Origin: Sulfitobacter sp. | GTDB taxonomy: Bacteria; Pseudomonadota; Alphaproteobacteria; Rhodobacterales; Rhodobacteraceae | NCBI GenBank assembly: GCA_033851935.1 | Contig: JAWSVL010000004.1 | Location: forward strand, 672-64,671 | Direction: 5' to 3' | Length of the DNA: 64,000 nucleotides | Shown here: positions 16,999 to 28,812 of the stretch, one piece after another | How the letters are laid out: each line of letters opens with the position of its first letter | How positions within the stretch are numbered: position 1 is the stretch's first letter | Notes under the pieces: model-generated | The model's input: only the letters and a program-made list of their open reading frames with translations | The model's database searches: none | What the model was told of the DNA's origin: nothing | Translations under genes and position numbers: made by a program

Positions 16999-18630
16999 AT
17001 GGCATATGATTACGTGATCGTAGGGGGCGGCTCGGGCGGTGCTACGTTGGCCGCGCGCCTTAGCGAAGACCCCAATACCACCGTTTGTCTGTTAGAGGCA
17101 GGGGGAGAGGGTAAGCACATGCTTATTCGCGCGCCTGCTGCCGTGGTGGCCATGTTGCCCGGTTGGGGAAAGATATCTAATTGGGCGTTTAAGACAGTAC
17201 CTCAGAAGGGATTGAAGGGCCGTCGCGGATACCAGCCACGGGGCAAGGCGCTGGGCGGTTCTAGTGCGATCAACGCAATGCTTTATGTGCGCGGCCAGCG
17301 CGGCGATTATGACGGTTGGGCTGAACAGGGATGTCAGGGATGGGATTGGGACAGTGTGTTACCCTACTTTCTCAAATCTGAGGGCCATGAGGACGGCGAG
17401 GCAGAGATGCATGGCGGGTCGGGGCCTTTGCAAGTTTCCCACCAGAAATCACCACGTCCGATCGCCAAGGCATTTGTAGAAGCGGCAAAATGTCTACAGC
17501 ACCGTGAAATTGCCGATTTCAATACAGGCGATAATGAAGGCGTCGGCTATTATCAGGTCACCCAGTTCCATGATGCTGCCCGGAACGGCGAACGGTGTTC
17601 AGTTGCGGCGGCGTATTTGCATCCGGTTATGGACCGCTCGAACCTGACGGTGATTACCCGGGCACATGCAACGCGCCTGTCCTTAGAGGGGAAACGCGCC
17701 ACCGGTGTGCATTACCGTCACGGCAAACAAGACAAACACGTTAAAGCCAACCGCGAAGTGATCCTGTGTGGAGGGGCGTTTAACTCACCACAATTGTTGC
17801 AACTATCTGGCATTGGCCGTCCCCAAGATATCACACCGCACGGCATTGAGATGGCGCATGACCTGCAAGGGGTGGGGCAGAACCTGTCTGATCATCTGGA
17901 TTTCACGCTGGGATATAAATCCAAGGACACGGATAACTTTGGCATTGGCGTCAGGGGAACCATCAATCTGGTCAAGCACATCCTTGAATGGCGCAAGACG
18001 GGTAGGGGCATGATCGCTACGCCCTTCGCCGAAGGGGCTGCGTTTCTTAAAACGGATCCCAGCATAGAGCGTGCGGATATTCAAATCCACTTTGTCATCT
18101 CGGTTGTAGATGATCATGCGCGCAAGCTGCATCCGGGGTACGGTTATAGCTGCCATGTCTGCGCGTTACGCCCAGAATCTAGGGGGAGTGTCAGGCTTGC
18201 CTCTGCGGATCCGTTTGCTGCGCCCGCGATTGATCCCAACTATCTGGATAAAGATGCTGACCTGCACACGCTGGTCAAGGGCGCAAAAATGTCGCGTGAG
18301 ATCATGAAAACCCCGCCCTTGGCCGATTATGAGCACAAAGAGCTGTTTGGCATACGCGATGGGATGAACGACAGCGACTGGGAAGATATCATTCGCAACC
18401 GTTCAGACACAATCTATCATCCTGTTGGCACCTGCAAGATGGGTATCGATGCAATGGCCGTGGTCGACCCGCAACTGCGTGTACACGGGATGCAAGGGCT
18501 ACGGGTGGTGGATGCATCGGTAATGCCGACAATCACCAGTGGAAATACAAATGCGCCGACAATCATGATTGCCGAACGCGCAGCAGATTTAATCAAAGCG
18601 GATGCGGCAACGCAGATCACCGCGCAATAA
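16999..18630 (+). CDS. GMC family oxidoreductase (AlkJ-like alcohol dehydrogenase)
   Basis: YDYVIVGGGSGG, QPRGKALGGSSAINAM, GVGQNLSDH, YHPVGTC, VVDASVMP, GNTNAPTIMIAERAAD. Confidence 0.92.
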   Translation: MAYDYVIVGGGSGGATLAARLSEDPNTTVCLLEAGGEGKHMLIRAPAAVVAMLPGWGKISNWAFKTVPQKGLKGRRGYQPRGKALGGSSAINAMLYVRGQRGDYDGWAEQGCQGWDWDSVLPYFLKSEGHEDGEAEMHGGSGPLQVSHQKSPRPIAKAFVEAAKCLQHREIADFNTGDNEGVGYYQVTQFHDAARNGERCSVAAAYLHPVMDRSNLTVITRAHATRLSLEGKRATGVHYRHGKQDKHVKANREVILCGGAFNSPQLLQLSGIGRPQDITPHGIEMAHDLQGVGQNLSDHLDFTLGYKSKDTDNFGIGVRGTINLVKHILEWRKTGRGMIATPFAEGAAFLKTDPSIERADIQIHFVISVVDDHARKLHPGYGYSCHVCALRPESRGSVRLASADPFAAPAIDPNYLDKDADLHTLVKGAKMSREIMKTPPLADYEHKELFGIRDGMNDSDWEDIIRNRSDTIYHPVGTCKMGIDAMAVVDPQLRVHGMQGLRVVDASVMPTITSGNTNAPTIMIAERAADLIKADAATQITAQ

Positions 18631-18657
18631 TAGCAAGTGAATGAGGAGAAAAATTTA

Positions 18658-20271
18658 ATGCTCGGACAAATGATGCAAATGCCACTGACTGTTGGCAGCT
18701 TGATTGACCACGCAGCACGGTTCCATACCAAGGGTGAAATCGTATCGGTCAAAACCACTGGTGGGATCGAAAACTCAACATGGGGCGAAGTTGGCGCGAA
18801 TGCGCATCGTCTTGCCTCGGCATTGCGCAAATTGGGTCTCCCAGAGGGCGCGCGCTGTGGCACTATTGCATGGAACAACCGTCGCCATTTGGAAATCTAT
18901 TTTGGTGTCGCTGGGGGTGGTTTTGTATGTCACACGATTAACCCCCGTATGGGCCCAGAGCAGATGGTCTATGTGATCAACCACGCCGAAGATCAGGTCC
19001 TGTTTGTAGACGCCACATTTGTTCCTGCTGCTGGCCAATTGGCACCGGCGCTAAAGCACACCAAACACATCGTAATGCTTGGCCCGCGCGACGAAGAAGC
19101 CGCAAAAGCGGTGCCCGACTTGTTGTTCTTTGACGAGCTTCTGGAAACGGGTGACGCATCCGAGCCATGGCCAGAACTGGATGAGAATGCAGCCTCAAGC
19201 CTGTGTTACACATCTGGCACCACAGGCGATCCAAAGGGCGTGTTGTATTCCCATCGCTCTACCGTGCTGCACACGCTGTCGGGCAACCAGCCGGATGGTT
19301 TGAATATTTCTGCAACAGACACGGTTTTACCCGTTGTCCCGATGTTCCATGTTAACGCATGGGGAGTGCCCTATATTGCCGCGATCACGGGCTGCAAACT
19401 GGTACTTCCGGGTCCTAACCTTGATGGCGTGAGCCTTGTGAACCTGATCGATAGCACTGAAACAACATTGGCGCTGGGCGTACCTACAATCTGGATGGGC
19501 CTGCTGGCTGCATTAGAAGAAACAGGGTCAATGATTCCCAGCCTGACACGTACGGTTGTTGGGGGATCTGCGCTTCCGCCTTCCATGATCCCGAAATTTG
19601 CCAAATACGGGGTCGATCTTTTGCATGCGTGGGGCATGACAGAAACCTCACCACTGGGGACGGTGAACCAACTCTTGCAACGTCACAGTAAGCTGTCAGT
19701 GGAAGAGCAGGCAGAAATCCGTCTGGGGCAGGGACGTCCGCCATTTGGGGTAGATCTGCGTGTGTTGGATGAAGAGGGCAATGAAATGCCGCATGACGGC
19801 GTTGCGCAGGGCGATCTGCAAATTCGCGGCCTTTGGATTGTGGATACATACTTTGGCAAAGACGCGCCCGCGCTTACGGCGGACGGCTGGTTTGACACAG
19901 GCGATGTGGCCACGATTGACGAAGAGGGTTATGTCATCATCCGTGACCGCTCCAAGGATATCATCAAATCCGGCGGTGAATGGATTTCGACCGTGACCCT
20001 AGAGAACATCGCGATTTCACATCCAGCCATCGCAAACGCAGCGGCCATAGCAGCCCTACATGAGAAATGGGACGAACGCCCCGTTTTGGTTGCCATCAAG
20101 TCTGGTGAAGTGACCGAGGCAGAGCTTTTGGCGTTCTACAAAGGAAAAGTCGAAAGCTGGCAGATTCCTGACCGTGCTATTTTTGTGGATGAGTTGCCCA
20201 TCGGCTCAACTGGTAAAGTGCAGAAAAACAAACTGCGCGAAGCTCATGGGAAAATCCTGCTAGGCGCGTAA
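18658..20271 (+). CDS. Medium/long-chain fatty-acid-CoA ligase (AlkK/DmdB family)
   Basis: Starts MLGQMM as AlkK does; [57 protein letters not shown]. Confidence 0.92.
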   Translation: MLGQMMQMPLTVGSLIDHAARFHTKGEIVSVKTTGGIENSTWGEVGANAHRLASALRKLGLPEGARCGTIAWNNRRHLEIYFGVAGGGFVCHTINPRMGPEQMVYVINHAEDQVLFVDATFVPAAGQLAPALKHTKHIVMLGPRDEEAAKAVPDLLFFDELLETGDASEPWPELDENAASSLCYTSGTTGDPKGVLYSHRSTVLHTLSGNQPDGLNISATDTVLPVVPMFHVNAWGVPYIAAITGCKLVLPGPNLDGVSLVNLIDSTETTLALGVPTIWMGLLAALEETGSMIPSLTRTVVGGSALPPSMIPKFAKYGVDLLHAWGMTETSPLGTVNQLLQRHSKLSVEEQAEIRLGQGRPPFGVDLRVLDEEGNEMPHDGVAQGDLQIRGLWIVDTYFGKDAPALTADGWFDTGDVATIDEEGYVIIRDRSKDIIKSGGEWISTVTLENIAISHPAIANAAAIAALHEKWDERPVLVAIKSGEVTEAELLAFYKGKVESWQIPDRAIFVDELPIGSTGKVQKNKLREAHGKILLGA

Positions 20272-20286
20272 CTACACCAAAAAACC

Positions 20287-20318
20287 ACAAGCGCCGCGTG
20301 GCAACACGCGGCGCTTGT
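20287..20318. terminator. Bidirectional intrinsic terminator
   Basis: Perfect 14-bp stem ACAAGCGCCGCGTG-GCAA-CACGCGGCGCTTGT with flanking A/T tracts, between convergent genes. Confidence 0.85.
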
Positions 20319-20322
20319 TTGT

Positions 20323-21105
20323 TCAGCTGGTTTGGGGATGTGGCGCACCTACGATTTTTCGATCGCCTTTGATGAAAAGCCGAAGGTCGTTGATGTCAAA
20401 GGCCAAACAAATCGCAACTGTGATGCTCAGCAGAATTGAATAGCTTGTCGCGTCGGGTATAATCATCAACCACGCCAAGAGTGGGACCCATGGCACCAGA
20501 TGTGCCAGCCCAAGAATACGGCGAAGTCCTCCATCGTATCCGACTTGGCCTGCCAGCAGTGGGGCTGTTGCAAAATACGCAACTAAGGTCACCTCTGCGA
20601 TCTTGTCCGGCAAAAGGGCAAGCGCGAAAAGGAAAACACCGTTCAAAAAGACCAACCAAGTCTTGACCCAAAGCGGCAAAGCCATCCAGGACGTTGCAAA
20701 TGCCTTCATGTGCTCTTTGCTTGTGTGCCCATGGGAATGAAGACCCACGATCCACAGCTGGGCAACGCCAAGCCCGGCCACAACCGTGGCAACAATGACA
20801 GCCAGTACGATGCCCCATGTTGTTGTGATCCAAAGGTTGGCGATAACCAGAAAAAGCGTTGCAAGCCACCACGTAAAGTTACCCAACGAAAACCAAATGA
20901 CTTCGATCTCGCGGACGTTTGTACGTATTGAGGTAGCTATCAGATGGGCACCATTTACCAATAGTCCAATACCTAAAATGAGGATGAGGTTCGGAGGGAT
21001 CTCGCCCAAGAACGTCGCGACTGCGTGAGGCCAAACGATAAAGAGCAGACCAAAAGAAACGCAACTAGTGGCGTTCAGGCGCATGACAAATTTGAGACTG
21101 TTCAA
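20323..21105 (-). CDS. Multi-pass membrane protein of unknown function (two roughly 4-TM halves)
   Basis: About 8 hydrophobic segments separated by the polar linker HSHGHTSKEH; divergent from marR. Confidence 0.75.
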   Translation of the reverse strand: MNSLKFVMRLNATSCVSFGLLFIVWPHAVATFLGEIPPNLILILGIGLLVNGAHLIATSIRTNVREIEVIWFSLGNFTWWLATLFLVIANLWITTTWGIVLAVIVATVVAGLGVAQLWIVGLHSHGHTSKEHMKAFATSWMALPLWVKTWLVFLNGVFLFALALLPDKIAEVTLVAYFATAPLLAGQVGYDGGLRRILGLAHLVPWVPLLAWLMIIPDATSYSILLSITVAICLAFDINDLRLFIKGDRKIVGAPHPQTS

Positions 21106-21119
21106 GTGATTGCTCCATG

Positions 21120-21138
21120 TTGTAAACTAGGCTTACAA
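21120..21138. promoter_or_regulatory. Candidate MarR operator
   Basis: TTGTAA-ACTAGGC-TTACAA inverted repeat in the 52-bp gap between the divergent genes. Confidence 0.55.
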
Positions 21139-21157
21139 ATATATTTAGAGTTTCATC

Positions 21158-21628
21158 ATGTCAACCAAACTGACAACATCGAGCGGACCACCTGCGTATG
21201 AAATGGCTGAAAGCCGTTCACTCAAGCTTGTCCATCTGACATCAAATTTCGAACGACGCGCCCAAAAGTGGTTAGTCGATTTGCTGCATGGAAGGGGATT
21301 CATTGGCCTGACACAAAGCCAATTGAGCTTTCTCGGGGCATTGGATTGCGGGCCAAACAGCGCCTCTCAGATCGCAAACGACCTAGCTATCACCAGACAA
21401 GCTGTCCATAAGACCGTCAAAGAGCTCGAAATCTGTGGTTGGCTAAAAAGCGAAGCTGATCAGGTCCGTCGGAACCAGCGCATTATCACCTTCACCGACG
21501 AGGGCGAGCGTATGATGTCAGAAGCCCGCGCACTTTTTAAGCAGTTGGACGAGAGATTATTCGCGGATTGGGACGATGAACGCATAGACGCTGTGTTCAA
21601 TCTCTTACAGAGCCCGCTTGAGGATTAG
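21158..21628 (+). CDS. MarR family transcriptional regulator
   Basis: LTQSQLSFL...ASQIANDLAITRQAVHKTVKELE..GWL...DQVRRNQRIITFTDEG winged helix. Confidence 0.88.
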   Translation: MSTKLTTSSGPPAYEMAESRSLKLVHLTSNFERRAQKWLVDLLHGRGFIGLTQSQLSFLGALDCGPNSASQIANDLAITRQAVHKTVKELEICGWLKSEADQVRRNQRIITFTDEGERMMSEARALFKQLDERLFADWDDERIDAVFNLLQSPLED

Positions 21629-21652
21629 ACAAGGCAGACAGAATTAATGTTG

Positions 21653-22577
21653 CTATGGCGTGTGCTGTTTAACGACTGCAAACGCAGGGTGCGCTGCGGC
21701 CGCTTCGCGCACCAACCCGGCGATCCCTTCTAACTGATGCGCAAGGGCGGAGGTACTACGCCACACCATGCCTACAGTGCGTTTGGGATAGGGCGATCCC
21801 ATAGGGGCGATGCTGACGGCGGCGGAACGTGTCTCAACCGGAACGGCCATTTCGGGGATTAGCGTTACACCAATGCCAGCACCGACCATTTGCACCAATG
21901 TGGTGAGGGATGATCCATCCAGCCCTTCACGGGGTAATGAATTGCGCATTGCGCAAAACGACAACGCCTGATCGCGAAAACAATGGCCTTCTTCCAATAA
22001 CAAAAGCTTCATCTGACTTAGCGTGTCCATGTCGGGCACGGGGCGATCTGCGTCTGTTTCTGGGCGCACCAGCACCATTGCCTCGTCAAACAGAGCTACT
22101 TCGGTGAGGGTGGGCTCAGAGACGGGCAGGGCGACGATGGCGCAATCTAGCTTACCTGCGCCCAACTCTTCGATCAGCTTGTGGGTCATGGTCTCACGGA
22201 CCATCAGATCAATTTCGGGATGGGCGGCAGTGATATGGCCAATGACCGATGGCAATAGGTAGGGGGCGATAGTGGGGATCACACCGATGCGCAGCCGTGT
22301 CAGGGCCGTTTTTCCCGCACCGCGCGCCATATCGGCAAGGGCCTCGGCGCTGCGCAGTATTTCGCGGGCGCGGGTCTCAAACTGCTCACCAAACGCTGTT
22401 AGGCGTACCTGCCGAGGATTGCGTTCAAATAGCTGCAATCCCAGCGCGGACTCCAACGTGGCTATTTGGGCTGAAAGGGCGGGCTGCGAAATCGCGCAAG
22501 TTTCCGCCGCACGGCCAAAATGGCCAAGTTGGGCTACGGCTTCAAAATATCTGAGCTGTTTGAGCGTAAAGTTGATC

Positions 22578-22579
<2 letters not shown>
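21653..22579 (-). CDS. oxyR: Hydrogen peroxide-inducible genes activator (LysR family)
   Basis: LysR HTH (TLKQLRYF..VA..GHFGRAAE...ISQPALS), IPTIAPYLLP, EEGHCFRDQALSFC with both redox Cys; divergent from katG. Confidence 0.92.
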
Positions 22580-24909
<2,330 letters not shown>

Positions 24910-24932
24910 TAACTAGGTTAAACCAATCAACG

Positions 24933-24966
24933 ATGGCGCTCCCGCAGATGTGGGGGCGCCATTTTT
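24933..24966 (+). terminator. Intrinsic terminator after katG
   Basis: ATGGCGCTCCC...GGGGGCGCCAT followed by TTTT. Confidence 0.75.
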
Positions 24967-25024
24967 GTTGCTGCGTGCAATGGCTGGTGGATCTGATGGT
25001 CAGTTTAGGGGTTAGGTGGGCGGT

Positions 25025-25663
25025 TTAGAAGAACGCCACCCAGATGCCTGCAAACATGAATATTCCGCCAATGTTCACGCAGATGTGCCAAATCGAATAG
25101 CGGAATGGCATCGTTTTGCGGGCATAAAACGCGGTCCCAATCAGGTAGCTCACTGATCCTGCGATGATGAACCACAGTGTTTCAATTGGCACGTTGGTCA
25201 GGTCGGGCAGGGCACACAAGCCAATTGCACCCAATCCGATATAGGAGGCAGTTGACCACTTTGATTTTACGGTTTTGTTGGTGATCTTGTTCCAGATGGC
25301 GATTGCCGTAAATATCCAACACACCCACAATAGGAATATTGTCCATGAGGTGTCAGCCAGCACAAAGAATGTTGTGAAAGTCCCTGAAATGCTAGGGTAA
25401 ATTGCGGCGTGATCAATGCGGCGCAATAGCGTGCGATGCGCGTGCCACGGTGAAAAATGATAGGCAATGGATGCCAGATTTGAGGCCAGCGCACACAACA
25501 CATACACTACCAATGCAATAACCAAGCTCGTATCAAGCAGCCCGAGTGCCTTTGAAATGACAATTGTTCCCGCAGTCAGGATCATCACAAGACCAAAAAG
25601 GTGAACCGCCTGATCCGCACGGCGGTGTTGTAATACGGGGCTTGGATAGGTCTGTTCTGTCAT
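25025..25663 (-). CDS. Hemolysin III (PAQR) family membrane protein
   Basis: SIAYH, RRIDHAAIY, YIGLG, YLIGTAFY, HSIWH-like YSIWH motifs; 7 TM. Confidence 0.88.
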   Translation of the reverse strand: MTEQTYPSPVLQHRRADQAVHLFGLVMILTAGTIVISKALGLLDTSLVIALVVYVLCALASNLASIAYHFSPWHAHRTLLRRIDHAAIYPSISGTFTTFFVLADTSWTIFLLWVCWIFTAIAIWNKITNKTVKSKWSTASYIGLGAIGLCALPDLTNVPIETLWFIIAGSVSYLIGTAFYARKTMPFRYSIWHICVNIGGIFMFAGIWVAFF

Positions 25664-25918
25664 GGCAATCTCGTGCTTGGGTTGCCTCGCGTTACGCTTC
25701 CTTGCTCTCAAAGTCCACAATCCGAGCAAAGTGACGCTGAGGCAAAGCCGTTAGATTATTGTGGAAACCGCGATGACGCAGAATAGTAATTTCTATGCAG
25801 TTAAGCAGAGACACAGTTGAACGTGGGTTTGGATGTGTCTGGCAGTAAACGCTTTGCGGTAGAAGTTTGTTTACGCATTCTGTTGAAACCGCAAAGATGG
25901 TCTAAATATCCGAATCTA

Positions 25919-27313
25919 ATGATAGGAAATCAACCCTTGAACAATCGTACCATATTGGAAACAGCACGCGAAATTGACGTTATCCATGAAACCGATGTGC
26001 TTGTCGTTGGCTCTGGTCCGGGCGGTTTGCCTGCTGCACTCGCAGCCGCACGGGTGGGCGTTCAGGTGGCTTTGGTTGAGCGGTTTGGTTGTTTTGGGGG
26101 CAACTTAACTGTCGTTGGTGTAGAGGGGATGCATTGGTACCGGCATGAGGATACAATTGAATCGAACGGTATCGCCCGCGAGTTCGAGGACCGCGCCAAA
26201 GAAATGGGTGCTGCGGTTCCTGAATCGCAATCTCTATCTTATGAAATCGATTCAGAGGGGTTCAAGTTGGTTGCAGACCAGATGGTCCTGAACGAGCCCA
26301 ACCTGACACCCATGTTGCACCGTCAGTTTGTGTCCCCGATTATGGACGGCAACACAATTGTCGGGATCATCACTGAGTCAAAAGCTGGCCGCGAAGCTAT
26401 TCTGGCAAAGCGGGTGATTGATGCAACGGGTGACGCCGATGTTGTGAAACGGGCAGGCGCGCCAACCTATCTAACACCAAAAGAAGAGATGATGGCAGCC
26501 TCGGTAATGTTCCACGTCGCTGGCGTGGATAAGACCAAATTCATGGAGGGCATTAAATCGGACCCGCAGACCTACAAAGACTGGGGTGGGGGTGGTGAAT
26601 GGAACATCGAAACAACAGGCAAAGAGGATGACATGTTCTCGCCATTCCTGAAAAAACCATTTGAACAGGCGATCAAAGATGGGCTTATCCCTGCCAAATT
26701 GAACACTATCGCAGGAACATGGGGGGCTGTGCATGACACAGGAGAGCTGACCTATATGAACCTCATCCATATGGATGATTGCGATGGAACGGATCCAAAT
26801 TCCCTGACGAAATACGAAATTGAAGGCCGCCGTCAGACGATGCTCGCGATTGAGGCACTGCGACGGTATACACCCGGATGTGAGGGCATACGCCTTCGGA
26901 ATTTCGGTATGTCGATTGGCATACGTGACACCCGTAAAGTTGACTGTCAGTACAACATGACCTCTCAGGATGTGCGTGAACAGGGGCGGTTCGACGACAG
27001 CATTGGTATCTTCCCCGAGTTCATCGACGGGTATGGCATTCTCATTCTGCCAACAACTGGTCGGTACTTTCAAATACCCTATCGTAATCTTCTTCCAAAG
27101 AACGTTGAAAACCTGCTCGTGGCTGGGCGGGCGACAGGTGGTGATCGTGACAGTCACGCGGCAACCCGCAACATGGCGTGCTGCGCTGTAACGGGTCAAG
27201 GTGCCGGTGTCGCTGCTGCGTTATCGATCCAGAAACAGGTGAACACCTTGGCGGATCTCGATGTCGCTGACGTTCAAAAAGAGCTGGAACGTCAGGGTGC
27301 CAGACACCATTGA
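25919..27313 (+). CDS. FAD-dependent oxidoreductase (FAD_oxidored type)
   Basis: DVLVVGSGPGGLPAALAAAR, FGGNLT, IDATGDAD, GIRDTR, QIPYRNLLP..ENLLVAGR, TGQGAGVAAA. Confidence 0.9.
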   Translation: MIGNQPLNNRTILETAREIDVIHETDVLVVGSGPGGLPAALAAARVGVQVALVERFGCFGGNLTVVGVEGMHWYRHEDTIESNGIAREFEDRAKEMGAAVPESQSLSYEIDSEGFKLVADQMVLNEPNLTPMLHRQFVSPIMDGNTIVGIITESKAGREAILAKRVIDATGDADVVKRAGAPTYLTPKEEMMAASVMFHVAGVDKTKFMEGIKSDPQTYKDWGGGGEWNIETTGKEDDMFSPFLKKPFEQAIKDGLIPAKLNTIAGTWGAVHDTGELTYMNLIHMDDCDGTDPNSLTKYEIEGRRQTMLAIEALRRYTPGCEGIRLRNFGMSIGIRDTRKVDCQYNMTSQDVREQGRFDDSIGIFPEFIDGYGILILPTTGRYFQIPYRNLLPKNVENLLVAGRATGGDRDSHAATRNMACCAVTGQGAGVAAALSIQKQVNTLADLDVADVQKELERQGARHH

Positions 27314-27690
27314 TAGGCGGTGGTTTCGCTTGGCAATGAATGGAGTTCATTCAGGTTTATGCTCGTCGCTGCATCATATCATGGACGGTTACCTGTACAT
27401 ACGGCAGCGTATGTGTTGGAGGTCGCAGACTTATCCGTTCACTCTCTTCTAGCCAGCAAGATGATCGTGCAACATAGTCCTGCCTCGTTCCACCTAGATC
27501 GAATTGAATGATTTAACCCGCACGGTTGTTGCTGTAGGGGCAATAGTTACTCCTCGACGCGCTAGATATTGCAAATGTTCGTCAGAATGCGCGAAGGTAG
27601 CAGCAGGCAGGTAATGAATACATTGGCTGACACGAATGGCTGTTTAGCTTACATCGTTTCAACTGGGTGCCGCGGACAAGGAACAACGCA

Positions 27691-28812
27691 ATGACCGACC
27701 GATCATTCAAAATGACAGCGCCCATTTTTCGGCGCGCCATACGAATTTGGTCAGGGCTCTTTCTGCTAGCCTTTGTAACCAGCCACCTCATAAATCTTAG
27801 CCTCGGCTTAATCTCGATTGAGGCTATGGACAGCGCACGTCCATACCTTTCAGGTTTCTGGACCGGTCCATTCACTGGGATATTGCTATCTGCGTCCTTG
27901 ATTAGCCATTTCTTTCTGGGGCTTTGGGCTGTCTACGTTAGGCCAACTTTGCGGACAAACACGCAAGATATTGTTCAATTGCTGACTGGTGTGGGTGTTG
28001 TGCCACTTTTGGCAACGCATGCCATTGGTATTTCAATGCTGGCAGATGCGGGGGTGCAGTTCGGGTATGCTGATACGATCCGCTTGTTTTGGCTACAGGT
28101 GCCAGCTCTTGGTCTCATGCAGGTTGTGATGCTTTCAGTGGTTTGGGTGCATGGTACTGCGGGCCTGTTTACATGGTTGCGGTCAAAGGAAAACGCAGGG
28201 CGATTGCTGAATTGGCTCTACCTTCTTGCAGTCATTGTTCCTGTTTTTGCACTGCTTGGATACGCCGAAGCAGGGCGCGAAATGTTGATTGCTGGGCAAA
28301 CCGGTACTGAGTTGGCCAATAGCGCAGCGATACCAGAAGATGTTGTTGTGCCCTTTGCGCAAATCAAACAAGTTACCAAGGCTGTTATTTACGGCTCGAT
28401 CTTATTGGCTATTTTCACGCTGGTGGCGCGTTTCATCCGTCTGACCTTGCAAAAAACTCAAGAGGTCATCCTTATTCGCAATGGCGGCCAAGAAATGATC
28501 TCGACATCAGCACTGAGCATGTTGAGTGGGTTTGAACGCAACGATCAACAGCATGCGAGCATTTGTGCCGGACGCGGCAGATGCGGCACCTGCGCGGTCC
28601 ACATCGTTCGGTCAGAATTTCCGCTTCCGCTCCCGTCTGAGTTGGAACAGCGCACGCTACACAGGGTGGGTGCCCCAGAGGGCGCAAGGCTGGCGTGTCA
28701 ACTCACGCCTGCGGGCGGCAAGGTAGAAGTTCTGGCTATTTACCCCGCTGACTATTCATTCGAGGACCCCAGACCGACGGAAACCGCTGCACCATCCGAG
28801 GCCCTAACGTGA
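27691..28812 (+). CDS. Heme-b-type membrane domain plus 2Fe-2S ferredoxin (CyaC-like N-terminal part, no cyclase domain)
   Basis: TM helices carrying four His (SHLIN, SHFFLG, THAIG, WVHGT); C-terminal CAGRGRCGTC...RLACQL; stop shortly after the ferredoxin. Confidence 0.8.
   Translation: MTDRSFKMTAPIFRRAIRIWSGLFLLAFVTSHLINLSLGLISIEAMDSARPYLSGFWTGPFTGILLSASLISHFFLGLWAVYVRPTLRTNTQDIVQLLTGVGVVPLLATHAIGISMLADAGVQFGYADTIRLFWLQVPALGLMQVVMLSVVWVHGTAGLFTWLRSKENAGRLLNWLYLLAVIVPVFALLGYAEAGREMLIAGQTGTELANSAAIPEDVVVPFAQIKQVTKAVIYGSILLAIFTLVARFIRLTLQKTQEVILIRNGGQEMISTSALSMLSGFERNDQQHASICAGRGRCGTCAVHIVRSEFPLPLPSELEQRTLHRVGAPEGARLACQLTPAGGKVEVLAIYPADYSFEDPRPTETAAPSEALT

Noticed and set aside
18658-20271. 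Assigning the gene symbol dmdB or alkK
   Set aside because: The two belong to the same family and cannot be told apart from motifs alone; no other dmd or alk genes confirm either
26471-27199. 242-aa minus-strand ORF
   Set aside because: Lies entirely antisense to the well-supported FAD oxidoreductase and has no recognisable motifs
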